Below the pieces are notes generated by a model. The model had not been told where the DNA came from. It worked only from the letters and a program-made list of their open reading frames with translations, and ran no database searches. 25,810 nucleotides of DNA, from assembly GCA_033764315.1 (NCBI GenBank), contig JANRJA010000090.1, forward strand, positions 1 to 25,810. The letters run 5' to 3'. Shown here piece after piece: positions 12,126 through 22,901 of this stretch. This DNA is from Oculatellaceae cyanobacterium bins.114. GTDB taxonomy: Bacteria > Cyanobacteriota > Cyanobacteriia > Elainellales > Elainellaceae. Position 1 is the first letter of the stretch. Each line of letters begins with the position of its first letter. A program made the translations under genes and the position numbers.

Positions 12126-15100
12126 CTAAACTTTTTGACGCTCTAATAGCCTCAAAATGACCGTTAGGAGTTGAATAGGTTCGATGGGTTTAGAGATATG
12201 AATTTGAAAGCCAGCAGCTAGTGCCTGGAGGCGATCGCCCTCTCTCGCATAAGCAGTCAACGCCGCAGCGGGGATTTGTCCTCCTTGGTTGGGCGGGAGC
12301 GATCGAATGCGGCGAATCAACATGAATCCGTCTTCATCCGGCATTCCTACATCACTCAATAACACATCGGGCTGATGAATTTGCAGCAACTGCCAGGCTT
12401 CGGCGGCAGACGCCGCACTCACAACGGTTGCCCCATATTGCTCTAAAGCGACCTGCAAAAACTCGCGTGTGTCTTGCTCATCGTCAACCGCCAACACTTT
12501 GATGCCAGTGAGATTGAGGGCAGTATCGATCACCGTTTGGCGATGCAAGCCCTGGTGATTGGTTTGATGTTCTTTGTGAGCGAGAGGTAAGAGGGGAAAT
12601 TGAACTGTAAAGGTGGCTCCCTGGTCTTCTCCAGCACTGTCGGCGTGAATGTTGCCTCCATGTAACTCTACTAAATTTCGCACGATCGCTAATCCTAACC
12701 CCAATCCCCCTTGTGTCCGAGTGGTAGTTGAGTCTGCTTGTCGAAATCGCTCAAAGACATAGGGCAAAAAGTCTGGACTGATCCCTTTTCCAGTGTCGGT
12801 GACGGTGATTTGAGCGTAGGAGTGCATGGGCGACTGGGGTGTTGAATGCAGGAGTGGTCGAGTCGAGTCACTCCCGTTTCTTTGACCTATCCCCTCTTCT
12901 ACCCCCGCACAGACTAGTTCTAACTGCACCAGCACGGTTCCTCCAATGGGTGTGAACTTGATTGCATTAGAGAGCAAGTTCCAAACGATCTGTTGCAATC
13001 GTTCTGGATCACCCGAAACAAACTTTGCTTCTGGCGCAGCGTGAAATGAGATGGTAATAGATTTAGCCGTGGCAGCAGGGCGAATGGTATCGATCGCCGC
13101 TTGAATGCAAGGAAGCAAGTTGGTAGGACGCAAATCGAGCCGAATCTTGCCACGAATAATGCGTGAAATATCTAATAAATCTTCGATTAATTGAGTTTGA
13201 GATTGAGCATTGCGCTCAATAGACGCCAGAGCTTGATCTGTTTTTTGCGGATCAAAGGTTCGCGTGCGGAGTAGCCGTGACCAGCCCAAAATAGCATTGA
13301 GGGGCGATCGCAATTCATGGGAAACAACTGCCAAAAATTCATCTTTCATCCGGTTAGCGCGTTCCAGTTCCATGCGGGCTGCTCGTTCTCGTTCCAAAGC
13401 CTGTGCCCGTTCTTCAATCAATAATTTCTGGTCGTGAATATCGGTCGAAGAGCCAAACCATCTCACAATGTGACCTTCTTGATCATGACAAGGAATGGCT
13501 TGGGCGAGGTGCCAGCGATAGGCTTGATCACTGGCGCGACGAAGACGATGCTCTACCGTAAACAACTTGCCCAGTTGCGATGCTGCCGCAAAAGCCTGAA
13601 GCGTATTGGGCAAATCATCTGAATGGATAATCTGTTGCCAGCCCGATTCATGTGCTTGCTCCAGGGTTAATCCGGTGTATTCATACCAGCGTTGATTGCA
13701 ATATTCGTGATACTTATTCGGGAGAACTACCCAAAAGAGTTGGGGCATCGTATCTGCTAGCGTGCGAAACATTAACTCGCTTTCCCGTAGAGCCGCTTCA
13801 GTTTGTTTGCGAATAGTTTCGTCTTGCTTAGCTGCCGTAATATCGAGTACGGTTCCTGACATGCGGTAGGGTTTCCCAGTTTGGTCGCAATAGCACTGTC
13901 CCCGTGCCGACACCCAGCGCATTGTGCCATCCAACCAGAATGTGCGGTACTCCTCTTGAAATTCATCTCCATGTTGCAAGGCGTTGGTTGCAGCAGATAT
14001 GACGCGCTCGCGGTCATCGGGGTGCAGTGCGTTGATATGCCACTCATAGGTCACCCAAAAATCAGGTGGGAGTCCAAAAATCTCTTTACAGCGATCGTCC
14101 CAATCTAACCGTTGAGTATGTAGATTCCAATCCCAGATTCCCTGTTGTGCCCCTTTTAGGGCGAGTTGCAATCGTTCCTCGCTTTCTCGCAAAGCGGCTT
14201 CTGCCTGCTTGAGATGGGTAATATCGATAAAGGCTCCAATCACCCCGCGAATGTCTCCAGATTCTTGTTTCAGCGGCACTGCCTTGCCATATAGAAAGCA
14301 GATATTTCCATCTTCAAAGACAAATTCAAACTCACCTGAAGTGGATTGTCCAGTCCGTCCTGCCTGTTGCATGGGCAAGTCTTCAGGGGCAATATCGTGA
14401 CCCTTGTGTTGAATGCTGAATTGGAAGGGATATTCGCCATTTTCAGGAGTGGCTGTCATTACCGCATCGGGCGATCGCCGCATTATGTCATAGGCCGCGC
14501 GATTGGGGGTGACGTGATGACAGTGTGGGTCATGAGCGATCCACACGGCTGCCGGGACAGCCTCCATAAATGCTTCTAGCTCGGCGGCTCTGGCTCGTGC
14601 CGTTGCCTCACTTTGCTTGAGAGCGGTTTCTGTTCGTTTGCGCTCAGTGATATCAGTCGTACTTCCCACAACCCGCACCGCTTTGCCAACAGCGTTCCGC
14701 AAGATCAATCCTTGATCATAAACATCGACATAATTACCCTGTTGATTACAAACTCGATACTCCAGGGTGTAACGTTCCTCGTGCTGAAGTGCCTTTTGAA
14801 AGGATTGCATGACGACCTCAACATCCTCTGGGTGAATGCGGCTGATCCACCAATCGCTGTTAGCGTCGATCACCTCAGATGGAAAACCAAACAAGCTATT
14901 GGTTCCCTCGCTGCGCTCTACCCGGTCTTGTTCTAGATCCCAGTCATATACCAACGCATTAATGGCTGACATCGCTAAGCGATACCGCTCATTAGCTTGC
15001 ACCAACGCTTGTTCAGTTTGCTTGCGCTCTGTGACATCGACCCCAATTCCCCACGTTGCCCAACCTGGAATAGGACAGAGTGCCGAGATATTAGACCAGG

Positions 15101-15593
15101 CGATCGTCCGAATACTGCCATCCTTGCAGGTCAGATCCCACTCCCAGTTGCGGTAATAGTCTCCTCGTTGATGCCATTGGGCGGTTTGTTGTTGGCAATA
15201 GTGAGCATTCGGGTACAGTTGCCCCATGATGCCGACAGTCCCCATGACATCCTCTGCGGTGTATCCGGTCACGCGCTCACATTCTTGATTCCAGGCAATG
15301 ATCTGGCCGTTGTCATCAAAGGCATCAAGCATCACAGGCATATTTTCCAGGATGGAGTGCAGATGCGCCTCGCTGTGGCATCGTTGATCCTCAGGTGATC
15401 TATGGGCGATCGCGGCTGTCAGTAACTCAACCCCAGCTAGACTCCCTAACCCACCACACAAAATCGCTAAAGTAATAGCCTCAGATAACACACAGTCTAA
15501 GGAGGTTGCTTGTAACAGGTAGGTGAGTCCTATGAGACAACCTAGTAGGGAGAGAAGCCCAACGAGCAGGGAAAACTGAGGATTTTGGGACAT
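12126..15593 (-). CDS. Membrane-anchored multi-PAS hybrid histidine kinase
   Basis: Two N-terminal hydrophobic segments, several PAS/PAC repeats, SHELRSPL H box, HATPase and REC; start placed at ATG 15593. Confidence 0.93.
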   Translation of the reverse strand: MSQNPQFSLLVGLLSLLGCLIGLTYLLQATSLDCVLSEAITLAILCGGLGSLAGVELLTAAIAHRSPEDQRCHSEAHLHSILENMPVMLDAFDDNGQIIAWNQECERVTGYTAEDVMGTVGIMGQLYPNAHYCQQQTAQWHQRGDYYRNWEWDLTCKDGSIRTIAWSNISALCPIPGWATWGIGVDVTERKQTEQALVQANERYRLAMSAINALVYDWDLEQDRVERSEGTNSLFGFPSEVIDANSDWWISRIHPEDVEVVMQSFQKALQHEERYTLEYRVCNQQGNYVDVYDQGLILRNAVGKAVRVVGSTTDITERKRTETALKQSEATARARAAELEAFMEAVPAAVWIAHDPHCHHVTPNRAAYDIMRRSPDAVMTATPENGEYPFQFSIQHKGHDIAPEDLPMQQAGRTGQSTSGEFEFVFEDGNICFLYGKAVPLKQESGDIRGVIGAFIDITHLKQAEAALRESEERLQLALKGAQQGIWDWNLHTQRLDWDDRCKEIFGLPPDFWVTYEWHINALHPDDRERVISAATNALQHGDEFQEEYRTFWLDGTMRWVSARGQCYCDQTGKPYRMSGTVLDITAAKQDETIRKQTEAALRESELMFRTLADTMPQLFWVVLPNKYHEYCNQRWYEYTGLTLEQAHESGWQQIIHSDDLPNTLQAFAAASQLGKLFTVEHRLRRASDQAYRWHLAQAIPCHDQEGHIVRWFGSSTDIHDQKLLIEERAQALERERAARMELERANRMKDEFLAVVSHELRSPLNAILGWSRLLRTRTFDPQKTDQALASIERNAQSQTQLIEDLLDISRIIRGKIRLDLRPTNLLPCIQAAIDTIRPAATAKSITISFHAAPEAKFVSGDPERLQQIVWNLLSNAIKFTPIGGTVLVQLELVCAGVEEGIGQRNGSDSTRPLLHSTPQSPMHSYAQITVTDTGKGISPDFLPYVFERFRQADSTTTRTQGGLGLGLAIVRNLVELHGGNIHADSAGEDQGATFTVQFPLLPLAHKEHQTNHQGLHRQTVIDTALNLTGIKVLAVDDEQDTREFLQVALEQYGATVVSAASAAEAWQLLQIHQPDVLLSDVGMPDEDGFMLIRRIRSLPPNQGGQIPAAALTAYAREGDRLQALAAGFQIHISKPIEPIQLLTVILRLLERQKV

Positions 15594-15887
15594 AGTAAAA
15601 CTGCAAATCGGCAAACTACCGAAAAGCCAGAGAGAAGAGAAAATTGGATGGACTTAACTTACTCCTTTTGGCAGAACCAAACGCCTACCAAAAGATGGAA
15701 ATTGAGGAGCTTCCTCATTCTTAAGGATGAATCTTTTTTCTTGAGAAAAATCTATTATTCACATGTAATGTTCTTCATGACCAAAATTGGCTTGATCACG
15801 CGATGTGCCCCTAATCTGTACATCAGATTTGAGCTGAAGTGGTCCTACACTAAATCATAAAATTCATCAATTATAGAGATCTGCCTC

Positions 15888-16739
15888 ATGGAAATAATCA
15901 GCAAAAGTAAGATACCAGAGATATTGAAAACCTATGAAGTAGAGCTATTGTCGGAGTGGAATCAGGAGTTGGCTGCAACCAACACCCGGAGAGGATTGAT
16001 TAGAGAAGCAGAGCTAGAAGAGGAGTGTCGAGAATTTCTTAAGTTGCTTTGTGTCGCTGTTCAACCAGGAAATTTAACCAATCTTCAGACAACTGAGTGG
16101 CGCGAGGTGCGCGATATGTTGACAAGTGTGTCGCGATCGCGATCGCAAAAAGGCTTTACACCAACCGAAACAGCCACCTTTATCTTTTCATTCAAACAAC
16201 CTCTCTTTAGTCGCCTGCGGCATCAGTTGCAAGAACCCACTGAGCTAGGTGAAGAGATTTGGCACGCCACTAACCTGCTCGATCGGTTGGGGTTATTCGT
16301 CGTGGAAGCCTATCAGAAAGCGCGGGAAGAAGTGATTTTGCGCCAACAAGAAGAGTTAATGGAGTTGTCTACACCCGTAGTCAAGCTCTGGGAAGGCATT
16401 TTGGCACTGCCCATTATTGGCACCCTAGATAGTGCCCGCACACAGATCGTGATGGAGTCGCTCTTGCAAAAGATTGTTGAAACCGGTTCAGAAGTCGCCA
16501 TTATTGACATTACTGGAGTTCCGACGGTCGATACGCTGACCGCTCAACATTTACTCAAAACGGTAACCGCGGCTCGTCTCATGGGAGCCGATTGTATTAT
16601 CAGCGGCATTCGACCTCAAATTGCTCAAACGATCGTGTATCTCGGCATCGATTTAACCGATGTCATTACGAAGGCAACATTAGCAGATGCTTTTGCCTTG
16701 GCATTAAAGCGAACGGGAACCAGCATCACCCGGAAATAG
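15888..16739 (+). CDS. rsbR: Stressosome RsbR-like STAS protein
   Basis: RsbRD-type N-terminal domain plus STAS (ELSTPVVKLWEGILALPIIGTLDSARTQ, DITGVPTVDT). Confidence 0.92.
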   Translation: MEIISKSKIPEILKTYEVELLSEWNQELAATNTRRGLIREAELEEECREFLKLLCVAVQPGNLTNLQTTEWREVRDMLTSVSRSRSQKGFTPTETATFIFSFKQPLFSRLRHQLQEPTELGEEIWHATNLLDRLGLFVVEAYQKAREEVILRQQEELMELSTPVVKLWEGILALPIIGTLDSARTQIVMESLLQKIVETGSEVAIIDITGVPTVDTLTAQHLLKTVTAARLMGADCIISGIRPQIAQTIVYLGIDLTDVITKATLADAFALALKRTGTSITRK

Positions 16740-16754
16740 GTAGAGGAGAGACTG

Positions 16755-17156
16755 ATGGAACGCATTCCCATCCTTCAAATGGGTGAATTCTTGCTTGTCA
16801 CCATTCAGGTTGATATGCACGATCGCCTCGCAGTAAACCTACAAGATGATCTAACGAATCGCATTAGCCAAACTCATGCGAATGGGGTTTTGATTGATAT
16901 TTCTGCCTTAGAAATTGTCGATTCCTTTATTGGCAGAATTTTAGGTAATATCGCCAAAATGTCGCGCGTGATGGATGCTGAAACCGTTGTTGTTGGCATG
17001 CAACCCGCTGTTGCGATCACCCTGGTGGAATTAGGCTTGTCACTTACGGGTATTCGTACGGCATTAAACGTGGAAAAGGGGATGGCATTGTTGCAATCGT
17101 CGATGGGTCATACCCTTGCCTCGGAATGGAGTGCAGATAGCAATGCAGAAGACTGA
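16755..17156 (+). CDS. rsbS: Stressosome RsbS STAS protein
   Basis: IDISALEIVDSFIGR..VVGMQPAVAITLVELGL. Confidence 0.93.
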   Translation: MERIPILQMGEFLLVTIQVDMHDRLAVNLQDDLTNRISQTHANGVLIDISALEIVDSFIGRILGNIAKMSRVMDAETVVVGMQPAVAITLVELGLSLTGIRTALNVEKGMALLQSSMGHTLASEWSADSNAED

Positions 17157-17541
17157 GACAATGAACATCCAGTCTTCTGTGGATGTGGTTTTAGTGCGGC
17201 AAGCAGTGCGTCAGTTTGCTATCGAGATTGGCTTTGGTTTAGTAGACCAGACCAAGATTGTGACGGCGGCTAGCGAGTTGGCACGAAATACGTTGGACTA
17301 TGGGGGAGGGGGAACCGTCAAGCTAGAAACGCTGCAAGCAGGAGCACGACGTGGACTCAAGCTGATTTTTGAAGATCAGGGTCCGGGCATTCCGGATATT
17401 GAAATGGCCTTAAAGGATGGATTTACGACAGGTGGTGGTTTGGGCATGGGGCTAGGTGGGGCAAAACGCCTCACCAATGAATTTGAAATTGAGTCTGTGG
17501 TGGGAGAGGGAACGCGAATAACAATTGTACGCTGGAAATAA
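17143..17541 (+). CDS. rsbT: RsbT serine/threonine kinase (anti-sigma regulatory factor)
   Basis: TAASELARN..DQGPGIPD..GLGMGLGGAKRL; start placed at ATG 17143, overlapping rsbS. Confidence 0.92.
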   Translation: MQKTETMNIQSSVDVVLVRQAVRQFAIEIGFGLVDQTKIVTAASELARNTLDYGGGGTVKLETLQAGARRGLKLIFEDQGPGIPDIEMALKDGFTTGGGLGMGLGGAKRLTNEFEIESVVGEGTRITIVRWK

Positions 17542-17554
17542 TTGAGGAAATTGA

Positions 17555-18559
17555 TTGAGGGATTCCATTGCGATCGCCGTTACAGAGTCAAGTCAAGCGG
17601 GAGAAGCACGACGGGCATCTCTGGCATTAGCCACTCGTTTGGGCTTTAAAGAAACAGAACGGGGTAAGGTTGGCATTTTAGTGACAGAGGTTGCCAATAA
17701 TCTCGTGCATCATGGTGGTGGCGGTGTGATTGTGCTACGGGCGATCGCCCAACAATCTACTGTGGGCATGGAGGTGCTGGGGCTAGATCAAGGCTCTGGC
17801 ATGATGGATGTAGAAGAATGCTTGCAAGATGGCTTTTCTACGGCTGGCACATCGGGCAATGGGTTGGGTGCTATTCGTCGCCTCTCCAATGTGTTTGACA
17901 TCTATTCAATGCCTAAAAAGGGGACTGCCTTGCTCGCTCATCTCTGGTCAACCCCACTCCAACTACCACAAACATCTCTAGACATCGGCGTGGTCTGTTT
18001 GCCCAAGCTGGGAGAAGAGGTGTCAGGAGATGCGTGGAATTGGCATAGTGAGCCTAATCGTGCTCTGTTATTGGTGGCCGATGGGTTAGGACATGGGCCT
18101 GCCGCTGCCAGTGCGTCTGCTGCGGCTGTTCGCGTCTTTCAAGAGCATCATCACCAGTCGCCTCAGTTGATTGTCGAAGCGGCTCACGCGGCTTTGCGCA
18201 GCACCAGAGGCGCGGCACTGGCGATCGCTGAGATCAACTTTGAACAACAGACCTTGCGCTTTGCTGGTATCGGCAATATTGCTGCCACCATCTTTTCTCC
18301 CACAAAGCATCACAACTTGGTGTCTTATAACGGCACTGTAGGGCATGAAGTTCGTAAAATCCACGAGTTTACCTATCCCTGGATGCTCAACGGACTGTTG
18401 ATTATGCATTCTGATGGCTTGAGTACGCAGTGGAAGCTCGACCGCTATCCCGGCTTGAGTCAAAAACATCCCAGTTTGATTGCAGGGGTTTTATACCGAG
18501 ACTTTCATCGCGATCGCGACGATGTGACCGTATTGGTGGCAAGAGGAACAGACCCATGA
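17555..18559 (+). CDS. HATPase-SpoIIE/PP2C phosphatase fusion (RsbX-like)
   Basis: N-terminal RsbT-like domain; SGD, VADGLGHG, HSDGL and DDVTVLV PP2C motifs. Confidence 0.9.
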   Translation: MRDSIAIAVTESSQAGEARRASLALATRLGFKETERGKVGILVTEVANNLVHHGGGGVIVLRAIAQQSTVGMEVLGLDQGSGMMDVEECLQDGFSTAGTSGNGLGAIRRLSNVFDIYSMPKKGTALLAHLWSTPLQLPQTSLDIGVVCLPKLGEEVSGDAWNWHSEPNRALLLVADGLGHGPAAASASAAAVRVFQEHHHQSPQLIVEAAHAALRSTRGAALAIAEINFEQQTLRFAGIGNIAATIFSPTKHHNLVSYNGTVGHEVRKIHEFTYPWMLNGLLIMHSDGLSTQWKLDRYPGLSQKHPSLIAGVLYRDFHRDRDDVTVLVARGTDP

Positions 18560-20688
18560 CAACGCTCTTTACCCTTGAGATTCGCTATGAACAGGATGTC
18601 GTGCAAGCTCGGCAACGAGCTCGTGATCTGGCTGAGCAGTTGGGTTTTGACGCTCAAGATCAGACCCGACTCGCCACTGCTGTTTCAGAAATTGCCCGCA
18701 ATGCCTTTCAATATGCCAGGGGGGGAACCGTTGAATTTTATGTCGAGGGTGAGCCTCAAATCTTTGGGATTCGGGTTCAAGATCAGGGAAAGGGGATTCC
18801 CCACTTGGCTGATATTTTGGGGGGAACCTATCGTTCTTCTACGGGTCTAGGCATGGGTATAGTAGGCACTCGCAGGCTCATGGATACCTTTGAGGTGGAA
18901 TCACACCCCAACCAGGGAACCACGGTGGTGATGGGCAAAGCCTTGCCAAAGCGATCGCCCAATCCTACCGACCTCCAGTTGCAGCACATGCGAGAAGTCG
19001 TCACAGGGCGATCGCCCCAAAACCCCTATGAAGAAATTCAACACCAAAACCAGGAATTGCTGCGAGCGATGGCCGAGCTACGCAAGCGCGAAGAAGAGCT
19101 AACGCACCTCAATCAAGAGTTAGAGGATACCAATCGTGGTGTGGTTGCTCTGTATGCTGAACTGGATGAAAAAGCTAGTTCACTGCAACAAGCCAATGAG
19201 CTAAAAACGCGCTTTCTCTCAAACATGAGTCACGAGTTTCGCACACCCCTCAACTCCATTCTGTCACTGTCGCGTATGCTGCTATCGCGCATGGATGGTG
19301 AGTTGTCTTCAGAGCAAGAAAAACAGATAAATTTCATTCAAAAAGCGGCAGATGGCTTATCAGAGTTGGTGAATGATCTGCTGGACTTAGCCAAGGTGGA
19401 AGCTGGAAAAACAGAGGTGCGTCCCAGTTCTTTTGCAGTCAGTGACTTATTTGCAACGTTGCGGGGCATGTTGCGCCCTTTGCTGGTTCAAGGGTCTTCG
19501 GTGACACTGGTGTTTGCAGAGCCAGATGGGTTGCCACACCTCTATAGTGACGAGGGCAAAATTGCTCAAATTCTCAGAAATTTTATTTCAAATGCGCTCA
19601 AATTTACAGAGCAGGGAGAGGTGCGAGTAACAGCGGTGCAGGTCGGGCACACGATTCGCTTTTCGGTCTCTGATACGGGCATTGGCATTGCACCTAAAAA
19701 TCAAGAACGCATCTTTGAGGATTTTGTGCAGATTGAGTCTCACCTGCAAAAGCAAGTCAAAGGAACTGGGTTAGGTCTGCCGCTGTCGCGCAAGTTGGCA
19801 GAGTTGCTTGGGGGCGGCGTTTCGGTCATTAGTGAATTGGGTCAAGGCTCTACTTTTTCAGCCTCTATTCCGATCCTCTACCCTAAGGCAACCGAGTTGC
19901 CAAACCTGTTGCAACCTGTTACTCCCCTCAAGCCAGCACACCTACCCATTCTGGCGATCGAAGACCACACGGAAACACTGTTTATCTATGAAAAACATCT
20001 GCAAGAGACAAGATATCAACTGATTCCAACTCGCACCCTGGCTCAGGCAAGACAAGCCTTAGAGCAATTTCAACCAGCGGTGATCTTGCTAGACATCTTG
20101 CTAGAAGGACAAAACGGATGGACTTTCTTGCGAGAACTCAAAAGCGATGAAGCGACTTGTAACATCCCCATTGTGGTCATTACCGTTATTGACAATGAGA
20201 AACAAGCTCTTGCTTTAGGAGCCGATGGATTTTTGATTAAGCCTGTAGATAGATTGCCCTTGCTCAACAAACTCAATACACTGATCAACCAGGGTAAAAA
20301 CCAAAAACTGCTACTTATTGACGATGATTCGGCTTATCGGTATGTCGTGAAACAGTTATTAACGAATATGCCATTGCAAATCGTAGAAGCCGCCAATGGA
20401 CACACCGGATTAGCATTGGCAGAAAGCGAGCAACCAACGGCAATTTTGCTTGATCTGGAGATGCCAGAAGTGAGTGGATTGGAAGTTCTTAATCAACTTC
20501 ACCATAATCCGATAACTCAATCTATTCCTGTTATCATTCACTCATCCACCCAATTGGATGTCGCAACACAGAGCCGTCTAGCTCAACAAGGTGTCACCAT
20601 TTTTTCTAAAGAAAAAACTTCTCAAGCCGTGGCAACCTCCCAATTGCGAGAGACGCTCATTAAAGTCGGACTCGTTCTAGAGGGTTGA
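18556..20688 (+). CDS. Hybrid histidine kinase with an N-terminal RsbT-like ATPase domain and two REC domains
   Basis: ATGA overlap with the upstream gene; ATAVSEIARN, SHEFRTPL, HATPase and two receivers. Confidence 0.92.
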   Translation: MTTLFTLEIRYEQDVVQARQRARDLAEQLGFDAQDQTRLATAVSEIARNAFQYARGGTVEFYVEGEPQIFGIRVQDQGKGIPHLADILGGTYRSSTGLGMGIVGTRRLMDTFEVESHPNQGTTVVMGKALPKRSPNPTDLQLQHMREVVTGRSPQNPYEEIQHQNQELLRAMAELRKREEELTHLNQELEDTNRGVVALYAELDEKASSLQQANELKTRFLSNMSHEFRTPLNSILSLSRMLLSRMDGELSSEQEKQINFIQKAADGLSELVNDLLDLAKVEAGKTEVRPSSFAVSDLFATLRGMLRPLLVQGSSVTLVFAEPDGLPHLYSDEGKIAQILRNFISNALKFTEQGEVRVTAVQVGHTIRFSVSDTGIGIAPKNQERIFEDFVQIESHLQKQVKGTGLGLPLSRKLAELLGGGVSVISELGQGSTFSASIPILYPKATELPNLLQPVTPLKPAHLPILAIEDHTETLFIYEKHLQETRYQLIPTRTLAQARQALEQFQPAVILLDILLEGQNGWTFLRELKSDEATCNIPIVVITVIDNEKQALALGADGFLIKPVDRLPLLNKLNTLINQGKNQKLLLIDDDSAYRYVVKQLLTNMPLQIVEAANGHTGLALAESEQPTAILLDLEMPEVSGLEVLNQLHHNPITQSIPVIIHSSTQLDVATQSRLAQQGVTIFSKEKTSQAVATSQLRETLIKVGLVLEG

Positions 20689-20698
20689 GAGAAATGCC

Positions 20699-22828
20699 AT
20701 GTTTGAACCACAAGGAACAATCCTGCATGTTGATGATAACGAAGCCAATCGTTATATCGTGACACGGATCTTGCAGAATGCAGGGTTTGCTGTTGTAGAA
20801 GCAGCAACCGGAACCGCTGGTTTAGAGGCGATCGCCCAACATCAACCGATGTTAGTTATTTTAGATGTGAAATTGCCTGATATAAGCGGTTTTGAAGTCT
20901 GTCGCCAGATCAAGTCAAACATCAAAACAGCTTATATTCCAGTGCTGCATCTCTCGGCAAGTTTTGTCAAAAGCCAAGACAAAGCAGAAGGGTTAGACAG
21001 TGGTGCTGATGGTTATCTGGCACAACCCGTTGAACCAATTGAGCTGCTTGCAACGGTGCGATCGCTGTTGCGAATTCGGCAGGCAGAAGAATCAGCATTG
21101 GCTTCCGCTCGAGAGTGGCAAACGACCTTTGATGCGATCAACGATAGTGTGTGTTTAGTCGATCAACAAGGCAGGGTTTTGCGGTGTAACCAGGCAATGA
21201 GGCGACTATTTGAACAATCTGTTCAAGATGAGTCTGTCAAGCCTGAGCCTGCTCAAGATGAGATTGTAGGGCGGGTGCACTATGAGTTAATGAATGCATT
21301 CTTAGGCGTGGGAGATGGTACTTGCTTTCGTCTGGCTCAAGAAACTCGCCAACGTCAGGTTTTAGAACTCCAGAGTCAAAACCGCTGGTTTGCTAAGACA
21401 ATAGACCCTGTATTCAATAACCAGGGAACCTTTACAGGTGCTGTCTTGATCTTGGCAGATATCACCAGTCGCAAACAGATTGAAGATGAACGCAGGCAAG
21501 CAGAACTGGTTTTGCAGGAGCACAATCAACGTCTAGATTTGCTCTATGAAACGACCCGTGAGCAAGCCGATCAATTGCGTCAGGCCAATCGGATCAAAGA
21601 CGAATTTTTGGCGGTGCTATCTCATGAGTTGCGATCGCCCCTAAACCCCATTTTGGGTTGGGCAAAGATCCTGCAAATGAAACAACAGGATGCAGCCAAA
21701 ACTCAATATGCGCTCGAAACCATCGAACGGAATGCTAAATTGCAAGCCCAACTGATCGAAGACTTGCTGGATGTGTCTCGCATCCTTCAAGGCAAGTTGA
21801 GGTTAAACACAGGTCCAGTAGGGCTGCCATTTACCATTAGAGCGGCACTTGAAACCGTACATCTGGCAGCTGAAGCCAAATCCATTCAAATTCAAACCAC
21901 ATTTGAGCCAAACGTTGGGCAAGTGTTGGGAGACCCAAGCCGATTGCAACAGGTCGTATGGAACCTGATTTCCAATGCTGTTAAGTTTACGCCCCAAGGC
22001 GGAACTGTGCAGGTGCGGTTAGAGCAAATAGAGAGCACGAGCGTAGATGAGGAGATAGGCAACAGAGCAGGAGACTCATCGACTCGACCTCTGATTCACT
22101 CAACACCCCATTCACCCGTTCACTCCTACGCCCAAATCACCATCAGTGACACTGGACAGGGCATCTCCCCTGACTTTTTGCCTCATGTCTTTGACTACTT
22201 CCGTCAAGCTGATAGCACAACCACCCGAAAATTTGGTGGGTTAGGGCTGGGGTTGGCGATCGTTCGTCATTTGGTCGAGTTGCATGGCGGCACCGTTCAG
22301 GCAACGAGTCCCGGTGAAGGTCAAGGTGCAACATTTATCGTCAAGCTTCCTATCATGGCTGTCTCAAAACTAAATCTTGATGATCCGGCATTGAATGCTC
22401 ACTCAGATTTTAATCTCAACGGATTGCGAGTCCTGTTTGTGGATGATGAGAGAGATTCACGAGAGTTAGTGACCTTTTTGCTAGAACAACATGGCGCGAA
22501 TGTGACTCAGGTCGATTCGGCTGGCGCAGCATTAGGCAACTTAAAGCAAGCAAAATTTGATTTGCTCATTAGTGACATCGGCATGCCCAGTATGGATGGC
22601 TATGCCCTGATTCGCCAGGTAAGAGAACAATTGCCTGACCAGGGCGGAAAAATTTTGGCGATCGCCCTCACTGCCTATGCCGGAGAAATCGATCAACAGC
22701 AAGCCTTAGCCGCTGGCTTTCATCAACACATCACCAAACCGATTGAGCCAGACACCTTGATGCAAACCGTTTGGACTCTAGTGCAAAGCAATAGTGAGAT
22801 AGCACAGCACAAAACAGAAGTGATATAG
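20699..22828 (+). CDS. REC-PAS-HisKA-HATPase-REC hybrid kinase
   Basis: N-terminal ILHVDD..LDVKLPD, a PAS domain, SHELRSPL and a C-terminal REC. Confidence 0.93.
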   Translation: MFEPQGTILHVDDNEANRYIVTRILQNAGFAVVEAATGTAGLEAIAQHQPMLVILDVKLPDISGFEVCRQIKSNIKTAYIPVLHLSASFVKSQDKAEGLDSGADGYLAQPVEPIELLATVRSLLRIRQAEESALASAREWQTTFDAINDSVCLVDQQGRVLRCNQAMRRLFEQSVQDESVKPEPAQDEIVGRVHYELMNAFLGVGDGTCFRLAQETRQRQVLELQSQNRWFAKTIDPVFNNQGTFTGAVLILADITSRKQIEDERRQAELVLQEHNQRLDLLYETTREQADQLRQANRIKDEFLAVLSHELRSPLNPILGWAKILQMKQQDAAKTQYALETIERNAKLQAQLIEDLLDVSRILQGKLRLNTGPVGLPFTIRAALETVHLAAEAKSIQIQTTFEPNVGQVLGDPSRLQQVVWNLISNAVKFTPQGGTVQVRLEQIESTSVDEEIGNRAGDSSTRPLIHSTPHSPVHSYAQITISDTGQGISPDFLPHVFDYFRQADSTTTRKFGGLGLGLAIVRHLVELHGGTVQATSPGEGQGATFIVKLPIMAVSKLNLDDPALNAHSDFNLNGLRVLFVDDERDSRELVTFLLEQHGANVTQVDSAGAALGNLKQAKFDLLISDIGMPSMDGYALIRQVREQLPDQGGKILAIALTAYAGEIDQQQALAAGFHQHITKPIEPDTLMQTVWTLVQSNSEIAQHKTEVI

Positions 22829-22832
22829 ATTA

Positions 22833-22854
22833 GCCCCGAAATAAATTTCGGGGC
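22833..22854. terminator. Hairpin between convergent genes (possible bidirectional terminator or palindromic repeat)
   Basis: GCCCCGAAAT AA ATTTCGGGGC; no clear U tract. Confidence 0.5.
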
Positions 22855-22901
22855 GAGAAAGCAACTTAACAATGGGTTTCAATAATCGGTTTCAATGGGT
22901 A

